64,000 nucleotides of DNA, taken from assembly GCA_964658305.1 (NCBI GenBank), contig OZ210885.1, positions 6,696,001 to 6,760,000 of the forward strand, in the 5' to 3' direction. How positions within the stretch are numbered: position 1 is the stretch's first letter; every line of letters starts with the position of its first letter. The DNA is from Leptogorgia sarmentosa. Taxonomy: Eukaryota. Position numbers and translations under genes: made by a program. The notes beneath the pieces are model-generated. The model was not told the origin of the DNA and did not search any database. It saw nothing but the letters and a program-made list of their open reading frames with translations. Below, piece by piece: positions 62,367-64,000 of the stretch.

Positions 62367-63634
62367 TTAGTCAAAAAACTGTACGAATACTTCTCTAACT
62401 TTTTTGCCCCTGTCATTATTGATTCCACTGTTAGACCGGTTTGCAGCACATGGTGGCTGAAACTCTGGATCATATTTAGCAGCTGCCTCAACTCTTTGTA
62501 CATTAACAGATTCTTTGCGGCTTTCACAAATGTTATGAAGAATGAAACAAGAGTGAATAACTTTTGGCATGTCTGCCAAATTTATATCCAGAGGTCTTCT
62601 TAGGATTCCAAATCTTCCCTTCAAACGCCAAAATGCCCCCTCAATGACCATTCTAGCTGATGAGAGTCTATATCCAAAAAATTGTTCTGTGGGTGTTGAT
62701 CCTCCATTTGGAAATTCTTTCATGATGAATGGTAACAAAGGGTAAGCTGGATCACCAAGTATACATACTGGAACTGCTTCACAGCCATCTACAATAACCT
62801 TGGGGCAGGGTGGTATCACTTCCTCTTGTAACTTATGATGGATCTGAGAGTTAGCAAATATTCTTGCATCATGTACAGATCCTGGCCAATTGATTACAAC
62901 ATCTGTAAAACAATAGTTGTAATCACAAGTGGCCTGAACATTTAGAGAATGCCACCCCTTTCTGTTGATGTAATCAGTATGTTTCTCAGTAGGCTGTTTT
63001 ATAGGTATATGTGTCCCATCAATTGCACCTATACATTGTGGGAACCCATGCGAAAAATAAAAATTCGACGCAAGAAACTCAACCTCTCTCTGGTCGTTGG
63101 TAGTTTAATACATTTTTTGCCAAGATGGGTGGATATTGCAGAGGTGACTTCTCGAATGATGTTAGAAACGGTGCTTTTTCCCAGGCCAAATGCATTAGCA
63201 ACTTTTCTCAACCGGCCCTCATCTGACAGATAGTACAGTGTCACTGCAATCCTGGTCTCAACACTAACTGGTTTTCTCATAACTGTTTCTTTCTTTGCCA
63301 GATGGGGCCCCAATTCATTACAAATAAAGCGAAATGTATCTATTGATACACAAAAGTTTTCGTTCCATTCTTCATTGGCACTTATCCCTGACTGAATGTG
63401 TACCCACCATAAATCACTTCTGCCTGGCCGATTCCAATACCTTCTTGGCCTCCTTTTTCTTTTGATTTTGCCTTTCCTCTTTGACGAACTAACAGTCACA
63501 GCAAGCATCATCTCATTTCTGCGACTCCTACTTCTCAATTGCTGTTGAATTAGGAAGGCCGCACAGGTCAAAATATTAGCCGAGGCACCAAGCAAAAGCT
63601 TGGTTAACAGAAGCAAATAAATCAAATTCGCCAT
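62367..63634 (-). pseudogene. PIF/Harbinger (HARBI1-like) transposase with a single frameshift near 63088
   Basis: Motifs [58 protein letters not shown]. The shift lies in an (AG)n run. Confidence 0.92.
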
Positions 63635-63739
63635 CTTAATTATTTTGAGTATTGAATTTGCCGCCAGAATGTAACGGGGTAGAAAAGTTTCAGGTTAGAA
63701 AGCTGGGAACTAAAGCGGTATCAAAAAGTACCGTTTTCG

Positions 63740-63923
63740 GCGTTCACACGATACCACATAGCGTTACGTTTTCATCTCATGCCGTTCAGAAACCGGCATT
63801 GTGTTGTGCCGGTAAAAGTGACGGTATCGCACAATTTCGTACCGGCATCGTGTGAACAGAAAGCAAAAAAGTAACTTTTTCATGCCGTTTTTGCCCCGTA
63901 CCGGCATCGTGTGAACATAGTCT
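63740..63923 (-). repeat. Harbinger terminus with subterminal repeats
   Basis: Ends gtgtgaacatagtct|TAA (TWA target). accggcatcgtgtgaac is repeated at about 63841 and 63900, with an inverted partial copy gttcacacgatacc at about 63742. Confidence 0.75.
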
Positions 63924-64000
63924 TAAACACAGCAGCGGTACCAAGGGCTCCACAGGGAAACAATTTTACTTACCACATGAACGCTAAGGAAGAAATTATG

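Noticed and set aside
1..64000. Prokaryotic operons, tRNA or rRNA genes
   Set aside because: None recognised. Spliceosomal introns and eukaryotic transposon families dominate, and most short alternative-start ORFs in the track are antisense shadows.

Overview
AT-rich eukaryotic animal DNA made almost entirely of nested, mostly decayed transposable elements. The genes contain GT-AG introns, and the repeat families suggest an anthozoan cnidarian (inference). No intact conventional host gene is supportable. Recognisable parts include: hAT transposases (one with a vertnin-like OTU protease exon upstream); a spliced PHD-FLYWCH-MULE transposase; two AcademH-like pieces carrying RecQ helicase sequence; a BEL/Pao and a Gypsy LTR element, both with paired LTRs; a Maverick/Polinton-type packaging ATPase remnant beside a small Bcl-2-like ORF; Tc1/pogo remnants; Crypton-like hairpin repeats; a tyrosine-recombinase exon; an RPA-like OB-fold pseudogene; a Harbinger transposase; and a young ISL2EU-type element whose 727-bp TIRs run up to the start codons of its two convergent genes. 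The most notable signal is two diverged copies of a transposase family that can be rebuilt by removing nested insertions. It follows the RAG1/Transib core motif order but lacks the ZnC2 cysteines, has a C-terminal Cys finger and, in copy 1, faces a convergent unknown ORF. All family assignments come from reading motifs by eye; no searches were run.
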